IMG/VR virus record: IMGVR_UViG_2918249483_000002
Location: 20,715-84,714 of that record
DNA from: a virus
Taxonomy: Duplodnaviria > Caudoviricetes
Length of the DNA stretch: 64,000 nucleotides
Reading direction: 5' to 3' (one strand)
In this document: one piece after another, positions 17,607 through 27,429 of the stretch
Numbering within the stretch: position 1 is the first letter of the stretch
Layout of the letters: every line of letters starts with the position of its first letter
The notes under the pieces: model-generated
Told to the model about the DNA's origin: nothing
What the model saw: only the letters and a program-made list of their open reading frames with translations
The model's database searches: none
Program-made: the position numbers and the translations under genes

Positions 17607-18250
17607 GCGTCGCAATGGAAATCCGTGACGATCACCGGCGTCCGCCGCTCCCGCACTGGCATGCCGCCGGCAAGGCCTGTCGCTGGTGCGGCTCGGACGA
17701 TGGCGGCACCGACCAGTTCGGTGGCCACGAATACGCCGTCGGCGGCTACTGGCACGAGGCCTGCCTCACCGCCTACGCCACCGCCGTCAGCAGCAAGGCG
17801 CAGCGGCTCTTCGTCGAAAAGCGCGATCTCGGCCTGTGCGCCGGCTGCGGCGCGAACGCGGAGCGCGCCATGTTTCACGCCATGCAGAACGATCCGAACC
17901 CGCCATTCTACGGCTGGGAGGTGGTTCGCGTCATGAAGCGCTGGATCGATCCGGAGTTCCACTGCGTCGCCAACAGCACCTGGTTCCGACGCGCCCCGGC
18001 ACCGGCCGGCGTGGTCGAGAAGCTGCCGCCGTGGATGACGTGGGAGGCGGACCACATCGTCCCGCTCTGGTCCGTCGACCGCACCCTGCCGTGGGAGGAA
18101 CTCCAGCGATTCTGGTCGCTCGACAACCTCCAGACCCTTTGCAGCCGCTGCCACAAGCGCAAGTCCGCCAGGGAGGCAGCCGAGCGCGCGGCGCTGAAGC
18201 GCGGACCGGATGCGCAAATGGGCCTGCTGCTGACCGGGAGCGCGGCATGA
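17603..18250 (+). CDS. HNH endonuclease
   Basis: CRWCG, RDLGLCAGCG, WEADHIVPL..SLDNLQTLCSRCHKRKS. Confidence 0.88.
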   Translation: MSVAMEIRDDHRRPPLPHWHAAGKACRWCGSDDGGTDQFGGHEYAVGGYWHEACLTAYATAVSSKAQRLFVEKRDLGLCAGCGANAERAMFHAMQNDPNPPFYGWEVVRVMKRWIDPEFHCVANSTWFRRAPAPAGVVEKLPPWMTWEADHIVPLWSVDRTLPWEELQRFWSLDNLQTLCSRCHKRKSAREAAERAALKRGPDAQMGLLLTGSAA

Positions 18251-18816
18251 CCTTGGTGAACTGGCATTTCGGCGACCTTCGGCCCAACCACTACGGCGTG
18301 ATCTACGCTGATCCGCCCTGGTACTTCGGCACCTTCTCCGACAAGGGTCGCGACCGCTCTGCGGCGTACGATTGCATGTCGCTGGAAGCGATCAAAGCCC
18401 TGCCGGTGGCCGATCTCGCCGCGAAGGATTGTGCGCTCCTGATGTGGGCCATTGACCCGATGCTGCCAGAAGCCTTCGAGGTGCTGAGCGCCTGGGGGTT
18501 CCGCTACAAGACCGTGGGCTTCTACTGGGAGAAGTTGAACGCCGACGGCACGCCTTTCACCGGGCTGGGCTACTGGACACGCGCCAATCCCGAACAGTGC
18601 CTTCTGGCAACGCGCGGCAAGCCGAAGCGGCTGGCCCGAGATGTTCGCCGGCTGATCCGCGCGCCGCGGCGCGCGCATTCCCAGAAGCCCGACGAAGTCC
18701 GAACCCGCATCGAGCGACTGCTGCCTGGTCCCTATTGCGAGCTCTTCGCCCGGACCCGGCCGGATGGCTGGGACGTCTTCGGAAACCAAACTGATCGGTT
18801 CGAGGTGGCGGCATGA
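18247..18816 (+). CDS. MT-A70 family adenine methyltransferase
   Basis: IYADPPW, LPVADLA..CALLMW, WGFRYKT, GYWTRANPEQCLL, HSQKPD, ELFAR. Confidence 0.92.
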   Translation: MTLVNWHFGDLRPNHYGVIYADPPWYFGTFSDKGRDRSAAYDCMSLEAIKALPVADLAAKDCALLMWAIDPMLPEAFEVLSAWGFRYKTVGFYWEKLNADGTPFTGLGYWTRANPEQCLLATRGKPKRLARDVRRLIRAPRRAHSQKPDEVRTRIERLLPGPYCELFARTRPDGWDVFGNQTDRFEVAA

Positions 18817-19994
18817 CGGTCAAAATTCTCATTGGTGACTGCCGTGAGCGGCTGACCGATCTGCCGGACGCCTCCGTGCAGTGCTGCGTCACCAGTCCTC
18901 CGTATTTCGGTCTGCGCGACTATGGCGCAGACGGTCAAATCGGTCTGGAGCCGACACCGGAGGAGTTTGTCGACGCCATGGTCGCGGTGTTCCGCGAGGT
19001 GCGGCGCGTCCTACGGGACGACGGCACCCTGTGGCTGAACCTTGGCGACAGCTACGCCAATGATGGAAAGTTCGGCGGAGCCACCGGGGGCAAGCACAGC
19101 AAGTGGCTCCATGGTGGGGAGACCCGGATCGGGCGCGAGAAGCGGCGGACAGGCCTGAAGCCGAAGGATCTTATCGGGGTCCCGTGGCGCGTGGCCTTCG
19201 CTCTCCAGTCTGATGGCTGGTATCTGCGTTCTGACATCATCTGGCACAAGCCGAATCCGATGCCGGAGAGCATCAACGATCGGCCGACGAGCGCGCACGA
19301 GCACGTCTTCCTCCTGACCAAGAGCGATCGCTATTTCTACGATGCAGATGCAATCCGAGAGAATGCTGAGGGGGCGGAGGATGCCGGCAAAGGCAAGTCG
19401 CGATACAACTTCAAGCGTTCGGGGTCGAAACGCGGGGTGCCGCTGACGCCAGATGCAAATTGCGGAACGCACCGGTCTGACCGGATGGCGACGGATGTCG
19501 CGCCAACCCGGAACGCTCGCAATGTTTGGACCATCGCAACCCGGCCGTTTGCGGAGGCGCACTTCGCCACCTTCCCGCCCGATCTTGCCGAAATCTGCAT
19601 CAAGGCAGGCTCCTCGGCCCGTGGCTGCTGCGCATCCTGCGGCTCGCCATGGGGGCGTGTTCGTGGCGAGCCTGTGCCTGTCGAAGGCCGAGGCGCTGGG
19701 AATGGCTTCGTCCGACCTGAGCGGCTGACGATGGGGGGGCGGGGCGTAGAGGAGGCGTGGACGCCGACGGACCGCCCAACGGTTGGCTGGCGCCCCTCAT
19801 GCTCCTGTGCGGAGGCTGAACCCATGCCCTGCGCAGTCCTGGATCCCTTCGGAGGCGCCGGCACCACCGGTCTCGTTGCCGATCGGCTCGGTCGCAACGC
19901 TATGCTCATCGAACTGAACCCGGAGTACGCCGCCATGGCGGAGCGACGGATTCGTCGCGACGCTGGTCTGTTCGCACAGACGGAGGCGGCATGA
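18813..19994 (+). CDS. DNA N4-cytosine/N6-adenine methyltransferase (beta class) with Cys-rich insertion
   Basis: TSPPY, IIWHKPNPMPES, HFATFP, VLDPFGGAGTTG; CCASC..CSC insert. Confidence 0.93.
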   Translation: MTVKILIGDCRERLTDLPDASVQCCVTSPPYFGLRDYGADGQIGLEPTPEEFVDAMVAVFREVRRVLRDDGTLWLNLGDSYANDGKFGGATGGKHSKWLHGGETRIGREKRRTGLKPKDLIGVPWRVAFALQSDGWYLRSDIIWHKPNPMPESINDRPTSAHEHVFLLTKSDRYFYDADAIRENAEGAEDAGKGKSRYNFKRSGSKRGVPLTPDANCGTHRSDRMATDVAPTRNARNVWTIATRPFAEAHFATFPPDLAEICIKAGSSARGCCASCGSPWGRVRGEPVPVEGRGAGNGFVRPERLTMGGRGVEEAWTPTDRPTVGWRPSCSCAEAEPMPCAVLDPFGGAGTTGLVADRLGRNAMLIELNPEYAAMAERRIRRDAGLFAQTEAA

Positions 19995-20632
19995 AGCGCC
20001 AACCCAGCCCCGCCGCAGAATTGACCGAGTTCGCCGAAGGTCGTCGTTATGCCACCATCATGGCGGACCCCCCGTGGCGGTTCATGAATAGCACCGGGAA
20101 GGTCGCGCCGGAGCACAAGCGCCTGTCCCGCTACAGCACGATGGCGCTGGAGGAGATCTGTGCGCTGCCGGTGGCGGACATCACCGCGTCGACCGCGCAC
20201 CTTTACCTCTGGGTCCCGAACGCCCTGTTGCCGGAGGGCCTGCGCGTCCTTACCGCTTGGGGGTTCGAGTACAAGACCAACCTCGTCTGGCACAAGGTAC
20301 GCCAGGACGGCGGCTCCGACGGGCGCGGGGTGGGCTTCTACTTCCGCAACGTGACGGAGCTGCTCCTGTTCGGCGTGCGCGGCAAGAAGGCCCGCACGCT
20401 CGATGCCGGCCGCCGCCAGGTCAACCTGTTCGCGACGCGCAAGCGCGAGCACAGCCGGAAGCCGGACGAGCAATACGACCTGATCGAGGCGTGCAGCCCC
20501 GGTCCTTACCTGGAAATGTTCGCGCGATTCCCGCGCGCCGGCTGGTCGCAGTGGGGGGATCAAGCCCCTGACGATGCGACGGCGCTGGATCCGCTTCTCC
20601 TGAATCCCTGCCAATTGGAGGTCGCGCTGTGA
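19991..20632 (+). CDS. second MT-A70 family methyltransferase
   Basis: MADPPW, HLYLWVPNALL, GVGFYFRNVTE, REHSRKPDE, LEMFAR. Confidence 0.92.
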   Translation: MKRQPSPAAELTEFAEGRRYATIMADPPWRFMNSTGKVAPEHKRLSRYSTMALEEICALPVADITASTAHLYLWVPNALLPEGLRVLTAWGFEYKTNLVWHKVRQDGGSDGRGVGFYFRNVTELLLFGVRGKKARTLDAGRRQVNLFATRKREHSRKPDEQYDLIEACSPGPYLEMFARFPRAGWSQWGDQAPDDATALDPLLLNPCQLEVAL

Positions 20633-21147
20633 CGGCCCGAAGCAGTTTCCTCACTCCTGAGCAGCGGGCGGCCGAACTGTTTGGCCCATGCACATGCTCT
20701 GTCGAATTTACGTCGTGCGATAGGACGGCTCCTGATTGTGCTCGTTGTAATTGGTCTGCCGATGTTGCGTCCATCATCGCCGATGCGGTGGCGGCCGAGA
20801 CTGATCGGTGCACCCATGGCCGCGAGCAAGCGCACCGGCATAGCGAGCGCCCTATGAAGCGTGCATTCCGCCTGCTGGCAGAGGGGGCATGGATTGCCAT
20901 CCACGTCATCATCTTCATTGCCGGGATAGTGGTCTGGGTGAGCATGTCCCCGTCGATGCAGATCGCATCGGCCATCTTCATGGCCGGCGGCTTGATCGGC
21001 GGCGCCATCCACTTTCGCAAGCCGACCGACATCGTGTTGCGCTGTGATGTCATTGACGGCCTGAACGCCACCGTTTCCGGCGGCGGCCACGTCTATGTCG
21101 TGGCCCCGAATGCCAAGGGCGTGAATGCGAAAGGAGTCGCTCAATGA
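20629..21147 (+). CDS. hypothetical protein with Cys-rich N-terminus and two TM segments
   Basis: CTC..CARC then hydrophobic segments; coupled. Confidence 0.5.
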   Translation: MTARSSFLTPEQRAAELFGPCTCSVEFTSCDRTAPDCARCNWSADVASIIADAVAAETDRCTHGREQAHRHSERPMKRAFRLLAEGAWIAIHVIIFIAGIVVWVSMSPSMQIASAIFMAGGLIGGAIHFRKPTDIVLRCDVIDGLNATVSGGGHVYVVAPNAKGVNAKGVAQ

Positions 21148-21518
21148 CCGCCCTCGCCACTGGGGTTGTGGGCGCCGACATCGTGCGCCTGATTGCCGGC
21201 CACAGGTTCGACCTCTCCAACGAGAAGGTGGCCCAAGCCGAGCTCGAATCCATTCTGATCAAGGCGGAGATTCCGTTCGAGCGGGAGCATCGGCTTTCGG
21301 CCCGCGACATCGTCGACTTCCTTGTCGACGGTGGGGTCGCCGTGGAGATGAAGATTCGCGGTCATCAGAAGATGGCCGTGTACCAGCAGCTCGCCCGGTA
21401 CGCCCGTCATGAGACAGTGAGGGAGGTGGTGCTGATCACCAATATGGCGATGGGCCTGCCGGAGGAGATCGAAGGCAAGCCTGCGTGGTATGCGTCCCTC
21501 GGGCGGGGGTGGCTGTGA
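21144..21518 (+). CDS. PD-(D/E)XK-like nuclease
   Basis: E..Q..REHRL..DIVDF..VEMK..QLARY pattern. Confidence 0.65.
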   Translation: MTALATGVVGADIVRLIAGHRFDLSNEKVAQAELESILIKAEIPFEREHRLSARDIVDFLVDGGVAVEMKIRGHQKMAVYQQLARYARHETVREVVLITNMAMGLPEEIEGKPAWYASLGRGWL

Positions 21519-23245
21519 TGGCCGGCGCTCGCACTTATGGGGGCCTGCGTCTGGTCGAGAACGGCCGAACCTGGGAACTCGACAAGATCGAGCCGCACGT
21601 CTCGATCCGGCTGAAGCAGCTTTTCCCCCGGATCCCCAAGGGGGAGATTCCGCCCTACCGTCTGCCGCACACCGACATTCTCGACGCGGATCTGGACTGG
21701 TTCACGACCCGCTATCCGCTGGCCATCACGGATGAGGATTATGCCGCGCTCACCGGCGGCCGGACGGAGTTCGAGCGGAAGCAGGCGGAGATGGAGCGGA
21801 TCCTCCTCCCCACCTATCAGCCGCCAGCCGTGCTCGGGCTCCGGGAGGGGGAGATCCAGCGTCTGTATCAGGCGCAGGCGGTGGCGCTCCTCCAGCGGCG
21901 CGGCAAGCTGCTACTGGGTGACGAGGGGGGCTTGGGAAAAACGTACTCGGCGGGCCAGTTCCTGTGCGCAACGCCCGATGCGCTCCCGGCCGCGGTGGTG
22001 TGCGACCCGCACATGCAGAAGCAGTGGAAGGAGAAGCTGGAGACGCACACGAATCTCCGGGTGTGCGTGATCAAGGTCGGGACGCCGTTCATCACCAAGG
22101 TGGTGAAGGGTGAGCGGGTGTCGGTGCCCTACGAGCTGCCGCCGGCCGATGTCTACGTGTTCCGGATCTCCCAGATCGCGGGATGGGCGGAGATCTTCGC
22201 CACCGGCCTGTTCCGCTCGGCCATCTACGACGAGCCACAGTCGTTGCGCACGGGCGCCGGCACGGCCAAGGGCCAAGCGGCGAAGGTGCTGTCGGCAAAC
22301 GTGATCTACCGATGCGGCCTCACCGCGACGCCGATCTACAATTACGGCACCGAGATGTGGAACGTGATGCAGTTCATCGACGACACGGTCCTCGGTGACT
22401 GGGACGATTTCCGCCGCGAGTGGTGCAACGATCTGGGCAAGATCCGGGATCCCAAGGCGCTTGGAACTTACCTACGGGAACAGCACGCCATGCTCCGCCG
22501 GCTGAAGGCCGACGTCGGGCTGGAACTGCCGAAGGTGTCGCGCATCGTCGAGCACGTGGAGAACGACGCCGGGGAGCTGCGCAGCATCGAGGAGTTGGCG
22601 CACAAGCTGGCGATCCGCGCGACAACGGGCGCGTTCACCGAGCGCGGCCAAGCCGCCCGTGACCTCGACATGATGGTCAGGCAGCAGACGGGCATTGCGA
22701 AGGCCAAGGCGGTGGCGCAGTTCGTGCGCATGCTGTTGGAAGCCGACGAGCCGGTGGTGCTCTGGGGCTGGCACCGGCAGGTCTACGAGATCTGGCTCCG
22801 GGAGCTCGCCGAGTTCCATCCGGCCATGTACACGGGATCGGAAACCGCATCGGCCAAGTGCAAGAGCCTGGACGCCTTCCTGGCGGGCGAGACGGATCTC
22901 CTCATCATGTCGTTGCGCTCCGGCGCCGGTGTCGATGGGCTCCAGCATCGCTGCTCCACCGGCGTCTTCGGTGAGCTCGACTGGTCCCCCGGCATTCACC
23001 AGCAGTGTGTTTGGCGCCTGGACCGCGACGGCCAGAAGAATCCCGTCACCGCCTTCTTCCTGGTGACCGACGACGGGAGCGACCCGCCCATCATGGAAGT
23101 GCTCGGAATCAAGGCCAGCGAGGCGCAGGGCGTCGTTGACCCGCACCTGGGGGTGCAGCAGGTCGACACGGACATGTCGAACGTCCGGAAGCTGGTGGAA
23201 CGGTATCTCGACAAGAAGCGCAGCAGCGCGAAGGAGGCGGCATGA
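21518..23245 (+). CDS. SNF2-related helicase
   Basis: LLGDEGGLGKT, YDEPQ, LTATPIYN, MLRRLK, GVDGLQ, ELDWSP..Q..RLDRDGQ. Confidence 0.88.
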   Translation: MAGARTYGGLRLVENGRTWELDKIEPHVSIRLKQLFPRIPKGEIPPYRLPHTDILDADLDWFTTRYPLAITDEDYAALTGGRTEFERKQAEMERILLPTYQPPAVLGLREGEIQRLYQAQAVALLQRRGKLLLGDEGGLGKTYSAGQFLCATPDALPAAVVCDPHMQKQWKEKLETHTNLRVCVIKVGTPFITKVVKGERVSVPYELPPADVYVFRISQIAGWAEIFATGLFRSAIYDEPQSLRTGAGTAKGQAAKVLSANVIYRCGLTATPIYNYGTEMWNVMQFIDDTVLGDWDDFRREWCNDLGKIRDPKALGTYLREQHAMLRRLKADVGLELPKVSRIVEHVENDAGELRSIEELAHKLAIRATTGAFTERGQAARDLDMMVRQQTGIAKAKAVAQFVRMLLEADEPVVLWGWHRQVYEIWLRELAEFHPAMYTGSETASAKCKSLDAFLAGETDLLIMSLRSGAGVDGLQHRCSTGVFGELDWSPGIHQQCVWRLDRDGQKNPVTAFFLVTDDGSDPPIMEVLGIKASEAQGVVDPHLGVQQVDTDMSNVRKLVERYLDKKRSSAKEAA

Positions 23246-24444
23246 ACCGCGCACAATCCACCCTCTGGGACGACATGCGGACCACGCTGTCCGATGCCAT
23301 CGACCTCACGGCGCAGAGCCTGTGCGCCTACGGCCCCCAGCACGAGCATTGGGCGATCGCCTACAGCGGGGGCAAGGACAGCTCGGCGACGCTGACTGTT
23401 ATCATGCACCTGATCGAGACCGGGCGTGTGCCGGCCCCGAAGTCGCTGACGGTCGTCTACGCCGACACGCGGATGGAACTGATCCCGCTGGCTCACGCCG
23501 CGCAGCAGATCATGGCGCATCTCCGCGCCCGCGGCATCGATGTCCGGATCGCCGTAGCGCCCATGGACCTGCGCCTGCTGGTTTACATGCTCGGGAGGGG
23601 CGTGCCGCCGCCCTCGAACTCGTTCCGTTGGTGCACCCGCCAGATCAAGGTGGAGCCGATGCAGGAGGTGTTGGCGAACATGCTGTTCAGCACGCCCGGC
23701 ACAATCCTGATGCTAACCGGAGTCCGTGTCGGCGAGAGCGCCCAGCGTGACGCCCGGATCGCGCTCTCCTGCGGCAAGGACGGCGCCGAATGCGGTCAGG
23801 GCTGGTACCAGGAAGTGCTGCCCGAAGCGCCCGGCATCCGGGGGCGGATCGCGACGCTCGCGCCGATCCTGCACTGGCGGGTGTGCCAAGTCTGGGACTG
23901 GCTGATGTTCGAGGCCCCGGCGCTGGGCTGGCCGACCACCGACATCGCCGTGGCCTACGGCGGAGATGAGGCGGCGGAGATCAACGCCCGCACCGGCTGC
24001 ACCGGCTGCGCCCTGGCCAGCCGGGACGTCGCGCTTGAGACGGTAATTCGGTCTCTGCTCTGGGCTTACCTCACGCCGTTGATGGGCCTGAAGCCGCTGT
24101 ACCGTGAACTGCGCCTCCCGAAGTGGCGGCTGCGCAAGACGGGGCTGGACGCGGACGGAGCGGTCGCCACCGGCAAGAACAAGCAGCGCATGGGCCCCCT
24201 CACGCTGGACGCACGGCGGATGGGTCTGGAGCGAGTGCTGGGCATCCAGAACGAATGCAACGAGGCGGCAACCCGGCTCGGCCGCCCACTGGTCGACCTG
24301 ATCAACCCGGAAGAGGAGAGCCGGATCCGCGAGCTGATCGCCGCGGAGACGTGGCCGCAAGGCTGGGATGGCGACGAGCCGACCGGTGACGTGCCGCTGG
24401 ACACGGTCTACGCCGACGGCCTGATCCAGAAGCTGCTGGTCTGA
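23242..24444 (+). CDS. PAPS reductase family protein (DndC-like)
   Basis: AYSGGKDS PP-loop, YADT..E, GRGVPPP..FRWCT..KVEP, GVR..ES..RD, RTGCTGC. Confidence 0.85.
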   Translation: MNRAQSTLWDDMRTTLSDAIDLTAQSLCAYGPQHEHWAIAYSGGKDSSATLTVIMHLIETGRVPAPKSLTVVYADTRMELIPLAHAAQQIMAHLRARGIDVRIAVAPMDLRLLVYMLGRGVPPPSNSFRWCTRQIKVEPMQEVLANMLFSTPGTILMLTGVRVGESAQRDARIALSCGKDGAECGQGWYQEVLPEAPGIRGRIATLAPILHWRVCQVWDWLMFEAPALGWPTTDIAVAYGGDEAAEINARTGCTGCALASRDVALETVIRSLLWAYLTPLMGLKPLYRELRLPKWRLRKTGLDADGAVATGKNKQRMGPLTLDARRMGLERVLGIQNECNEAATRLGRPLVDLINPEEESRIRELIAAETWPQGWDGDEPTGDVPLDTVYADGLIQKLLV

Positions 24445-24455
24445 GGAGAGCCCGC

Positions 24456-24638
24456 ATGACCAGAGCCCACGACATCGCCGTAGAGCACTGCCTCACCATG
24501 AAGCTTGCCGGCCTGAAGCCGTGCGACGTCCTCGCGCCGATCGGCTTCCCCCACAACCCCCAGACCAGTTGGGATGCGGCCGTCCGGCTGGTGGCCCGCG
24601 CCTGGTCGAAACTCGACACCAAGAGGTCTGCATCATGA
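24456..24638 (+). CDS. hypothetical protein
   Basis: 60 aa, GAGGAG RBS, ATGA coupling. Confidence 0.5.
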   Translation: MTRAHDIAVEHCLTMKLAGLKPCDVLAPIGFPHNPQTSWDAAVRLVARAWSKLDTKRSAS

Positions 24639-25594
24639 CGGCCGAGCAGCAGCAGGAGAAGAAGCGGCATCCGTGGTTGAAGTGGTATCCGGCCGATTGG
24701 CGCCAGGAGATCACGCTCCGCACATGCAGCCGGGCGGCGCGGTCTCTGTGGCTCGACATGCTCGGCCTGATGCATGAGTCGGCCGTGCGTGGTCACCTTC
24801 TCATCAACGGTGTGGCGCCGGACGTCATGACTCTGGCCGATGCTCTGGGGGATTCGCCGCGGGACATTCGCCGCTGGCTGGATGAACTGGAGTTGAAAGG
24901 GGTTTTCAGCCGCCTTGAAGATGGGACCATCATCTCCCGGCGCATGGTCCGCGACACCGCGAAGGCGGCGCGCGACAAGGCGAACGGCAAGACCGGCGGC
25001 AACCCCAAGCTTAAGGCTTCCGATAACCCCGAGGGGCCGAAGGGGGATAAGGAGGGGGTTAACCCCCAGGATAAAGCCCATATGCCAGAGGCCAGAATCC
25101 AGAATGTTGTTGTTCCGGCGGATGCCGAAACCAACAACAACGGATCGGATTTGATCGAGGCATTCGATGCTGCGCTTATCGCCACGTGGGGCGAGAGAGC
25201 GCGTCGGAGGAAGCCGCACGCCACCGACGCCAAGACTGCGCGCCAGTGGGCAGCAGACGGCCTGACCACGAGCATGGCGGCCGAGGTGTTCCGGATCCAC
25301 TGCGGGAAGATGCAGGAACGGGGCACCGCGCGTTTGCCCTGGAGCCTCAAAGTCTTCGAGGACGATGTGCGCGGGGCCTTGGCCGCCGCCGCTGCGCGCC
25401 CGGTCGCCGCTGCATCGGGTGAGCGGCGCGAGAGCGATGACCGTGCTCGGTGGCGCTCTCGGCTGACGGGCTATGCCGCCGGCAGCCCCTGGGTGACCGG
25501 GTGGGGGCCGAAGCCGGGAGAGCGCGGCTGCGATGCGCCGGCGGATCTCGTTGCCGAGATCCTCGGCGACCTGCGCCAGGAAGTCGCGCTCTGA
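24635..25594 (+). CDS. putative phage replication initiator (YdaU/DUF1376-like N-terminus)
   Basis: PWLKWYPADW..CSxAARSLW.DML.LM, wHTH-like region, SRRMVRD..NGKxGGNP linker; position in early operon. Confidence 0.7.
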   Translation: MTAEQQQEKKRHPWLKWYPADWRQEITLRTCSRAARSLWLDMLGLMHESAVRGHLLINGVAPDVMTLADALGDSPRDIRRWLDELELKGVFSRLEDGTIISRRMVRDTAKAARDKANGKTGGNPKLKASDNPEGPKGDKEGVNPQDKAHMPEARIQNVVVPADAETNNNGSDLIEAFDAALIATWGERARRRKPHATDAKTARQWAADGLTTSMAAEVFRIHCGKMQERGTARLPWSLKVFEDDVRGALAAAAARPVAAASGERRESDDRARWRSRLTGYAAGSPWVTGWGPKPGERGCDAPADLVAEILGDLRQEVAL

Positions 25595-26157
25595 TGGCCA
25601 AGCGGCAATCTCCCTTCCGTGTCGAGTGCGCCCAGTGCGGCGCGACCGATCTGTTCATGCCGGGGTCCCTGACAGCGGGATGGACGCCGGTCCACGCCCA
25701 GGCGGAGGCGAAGGGCTGGTCAGGGCTGCGCGCCCGTCCTCTCTGCCCGTTGTGCACCGCCTCGGCCAACCGTTCGGCAACCTCCCCCACCACGAAACCC
25801 CCGGCATGCGCTGCGCGGCCGGCGATGACGCAGGAGAACACGATGGGCACGAATCCCGCCGGCAGCAAGGCGGAGACTGCGCAGGTCCGGGAGCCGTCGC
25901 TGGCCGAGACGGCGACGATCTTTAAGAAGCTGGACGAGGTCTTTGAGCGCGGTCGCTATCTCGACCGGTGGTCGGATCGCAAGGTCGGGGAAGCGCTGAA
26001 TCTCCCCTGGGCATTGGTCGCCAAGGTGCGCGAGCAGCTGCTGGGCCCGCTCAAGGAGGACCCGGCAATCACCGCTTTGCGCAGTGAGGTCGAGCAGCTC
26101 GAAGAGATGGTCCTGGAGGTGAAGGAAAAGCTCCGGGTGATGTCGGCGGCGGCCTGA
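25594..26157 (+). CDS. Zn-finger hypothetical protein
   Basis: CAQC..CPLC, C-terminal HTH-like WSDRKVGEALNLPWALVAKVRE and coiled coil. Confidence 0.65.
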   Translation: MAKRQSPFRVECAQCGATDLFMPGSLTAGWTPVHAQAEAKGWSGLRARPLCPLCTASANRSATSPTTKPPACAARPAMTQENTMGTNPAGSKAETAQVREPSLAETATIFKKLDEVFERGRYLDRWSDRKVGEALNLPWALVAKVREQLLGPLKEDPAITALRSEVEQLEEMVLEVKEKLRVMSAAA

Positions 26158-26270
26158 GCGTAAACGAAAACCGCCGCCCGGCTGGTCCCCGGAGCGGCGG
26201 TGAATTCGTAAACAACATCCACGTTGGAAATTATCCAAAAGCACAACCTAAGTCAACGTGGGGGTAATCC

Positions 26271-26867
26271 ATGAGTGCGGTTCCTGCGAGCAAGCCTCGG
26301 TCCGAACGCGCAAGCCGTCGCGCGATGATGCCGATCTCCACCGACATGGGAACGCCGGAGCGGGCGCTTCGGTCGGAGGGGATTGTCGTCGAGGCGCGGT
26401 CGATCTCTTCCGGCGGGATGATCCTCGCCGAGGGCGCTCGGGTGAAGGCGGAGAACGGGCTGGAACGGCTGTTCCTCCGCTGCCAGATCGTCGACCGTCA
26501 GTTCCAGGCGGGGATGCGGTTTCGTGCCCTGTTCGCCCAGGCTGCCATGCCGGCGCAGATGACGAGCAGCTACGGTCAGCGCCGCGGGGGCGGCGGCGGA
26601 CGGGAGGAGGAGGCTGACGCGCGGAACACGATGCGCAAGGCGATGGTGGGGGCGAAGCTCGCCGTCGAGCGGAAGGACGGCCAGCCGCTGCGCCTCACCA
26701 CCACAGGGGAGACGCTGCAGCCTGTCGGTGGGGGCGTGTGCGTCACGCCGGCCGGCGCCGCGGTGATGGAAGCGGCCGGGCTGGACGGGGATAGGTATCG
26801 GCTTCAGGATCTCCGCGCTGGGCTCAGCGCTTTGGCGGACTACTGGCGGATCGAGACAGAAGACTGA
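26271..26867 (+). CDS. DUF6456-like protein, candidate late-gene regulator (Q position)
   Basis: LERL..I..RQFQAG.RF..LRAGLSALADYW; last gene of early operon. Confidence 0.55.
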   Translation: MSAVPASKPRSERASRRAMMPISTDMGTPERALRSEGIVVEARSISSGGMILAEGARVKAENGLERLFLRCQIVDRQFQAGMRFRALFAQAAMPAQMTSSYGQRRGGGGGREEEADARNTMRKAMVGAKLAVERKDGQPLRLTTTGETLQPVGGGVCVTPAGAAVMEAAGLDGDRYRLQDLRAGLSALADYWRIETED

Positions 26868-26949
26868 ACGGAACGGGGCCGGGCGGCGGGGAAACATCCC
26901 CGCGCCAAGCCGGGTGCGGTAGTAACTGGAATGTCGAAGGGGAATGTGA

Positions 26950-27429
26950 GTGGCGAAATTCATGTTGGGCACGTTCTGGTATCGGGAAACGCTCGCCCTG
27001 GCCCAACGGCTGCACGACGGCCAGACCGATAAGGCGGGTGAGCCCTATTGGCGGCATCTGGAGCGGGTCGCGCAGCGGCTGGTGGAGCGGTTCCCCGACG
27101 CGACGAAGGCCCAGGTCCAGGCCGCCTTACTGCACGACGCGATCGAGGACGCCGGGGTGTCCGCCGAAGACCTCCGCGCCGCGGGGATCGAGGAGGAGGC
27201 CATCGTCGCGATCCAACTGGTCAGCCGGAACCTGGGCCCGGCGGGCAGCTATCTGGAATGGATCGGCCGGATCGCCGCCAGCGGGAATGTCACGGCGATC
27301 CGGGTCAAGCTGGCCGACAACCTGGACAACAGTGATCCCGCCCGGGTTGCTGCCCTCCCCGCCGGCCCCCGGATGGTCGCCGAGAAATATGCCCCGGCGC
27401 GGGCGATCCTTGAGCGTGCGTTGCGATGA
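26950..27429 (+). CDS. HD-domain hydrolase (small alarmone hydrolase/Mesh1-like)
   Basis: H.GQ.DKAGEPY..HL.RVA, ALLHDAIED, VKLADNLDN. Confidence 0.82.
   Translation: MAKFMLGTFWYRETLALAQRLHDGQTDKAGEPYWRHLERVAQRLVERFPDATKAQVQAALLHDAIEDAGVSAEDLRAAGIEEEAIVAIQLVSRNLGPAGSYLEWIGRIAASGNVTAIRVKLADNLDNSDPARVAALPAGPRMVAEKYAPARAILERALR

Noticed and set aside
23242-24444. Complete Dnd phosphorothioation system
   Set aside because: No dndA/B/D/E or ssp partners in the window
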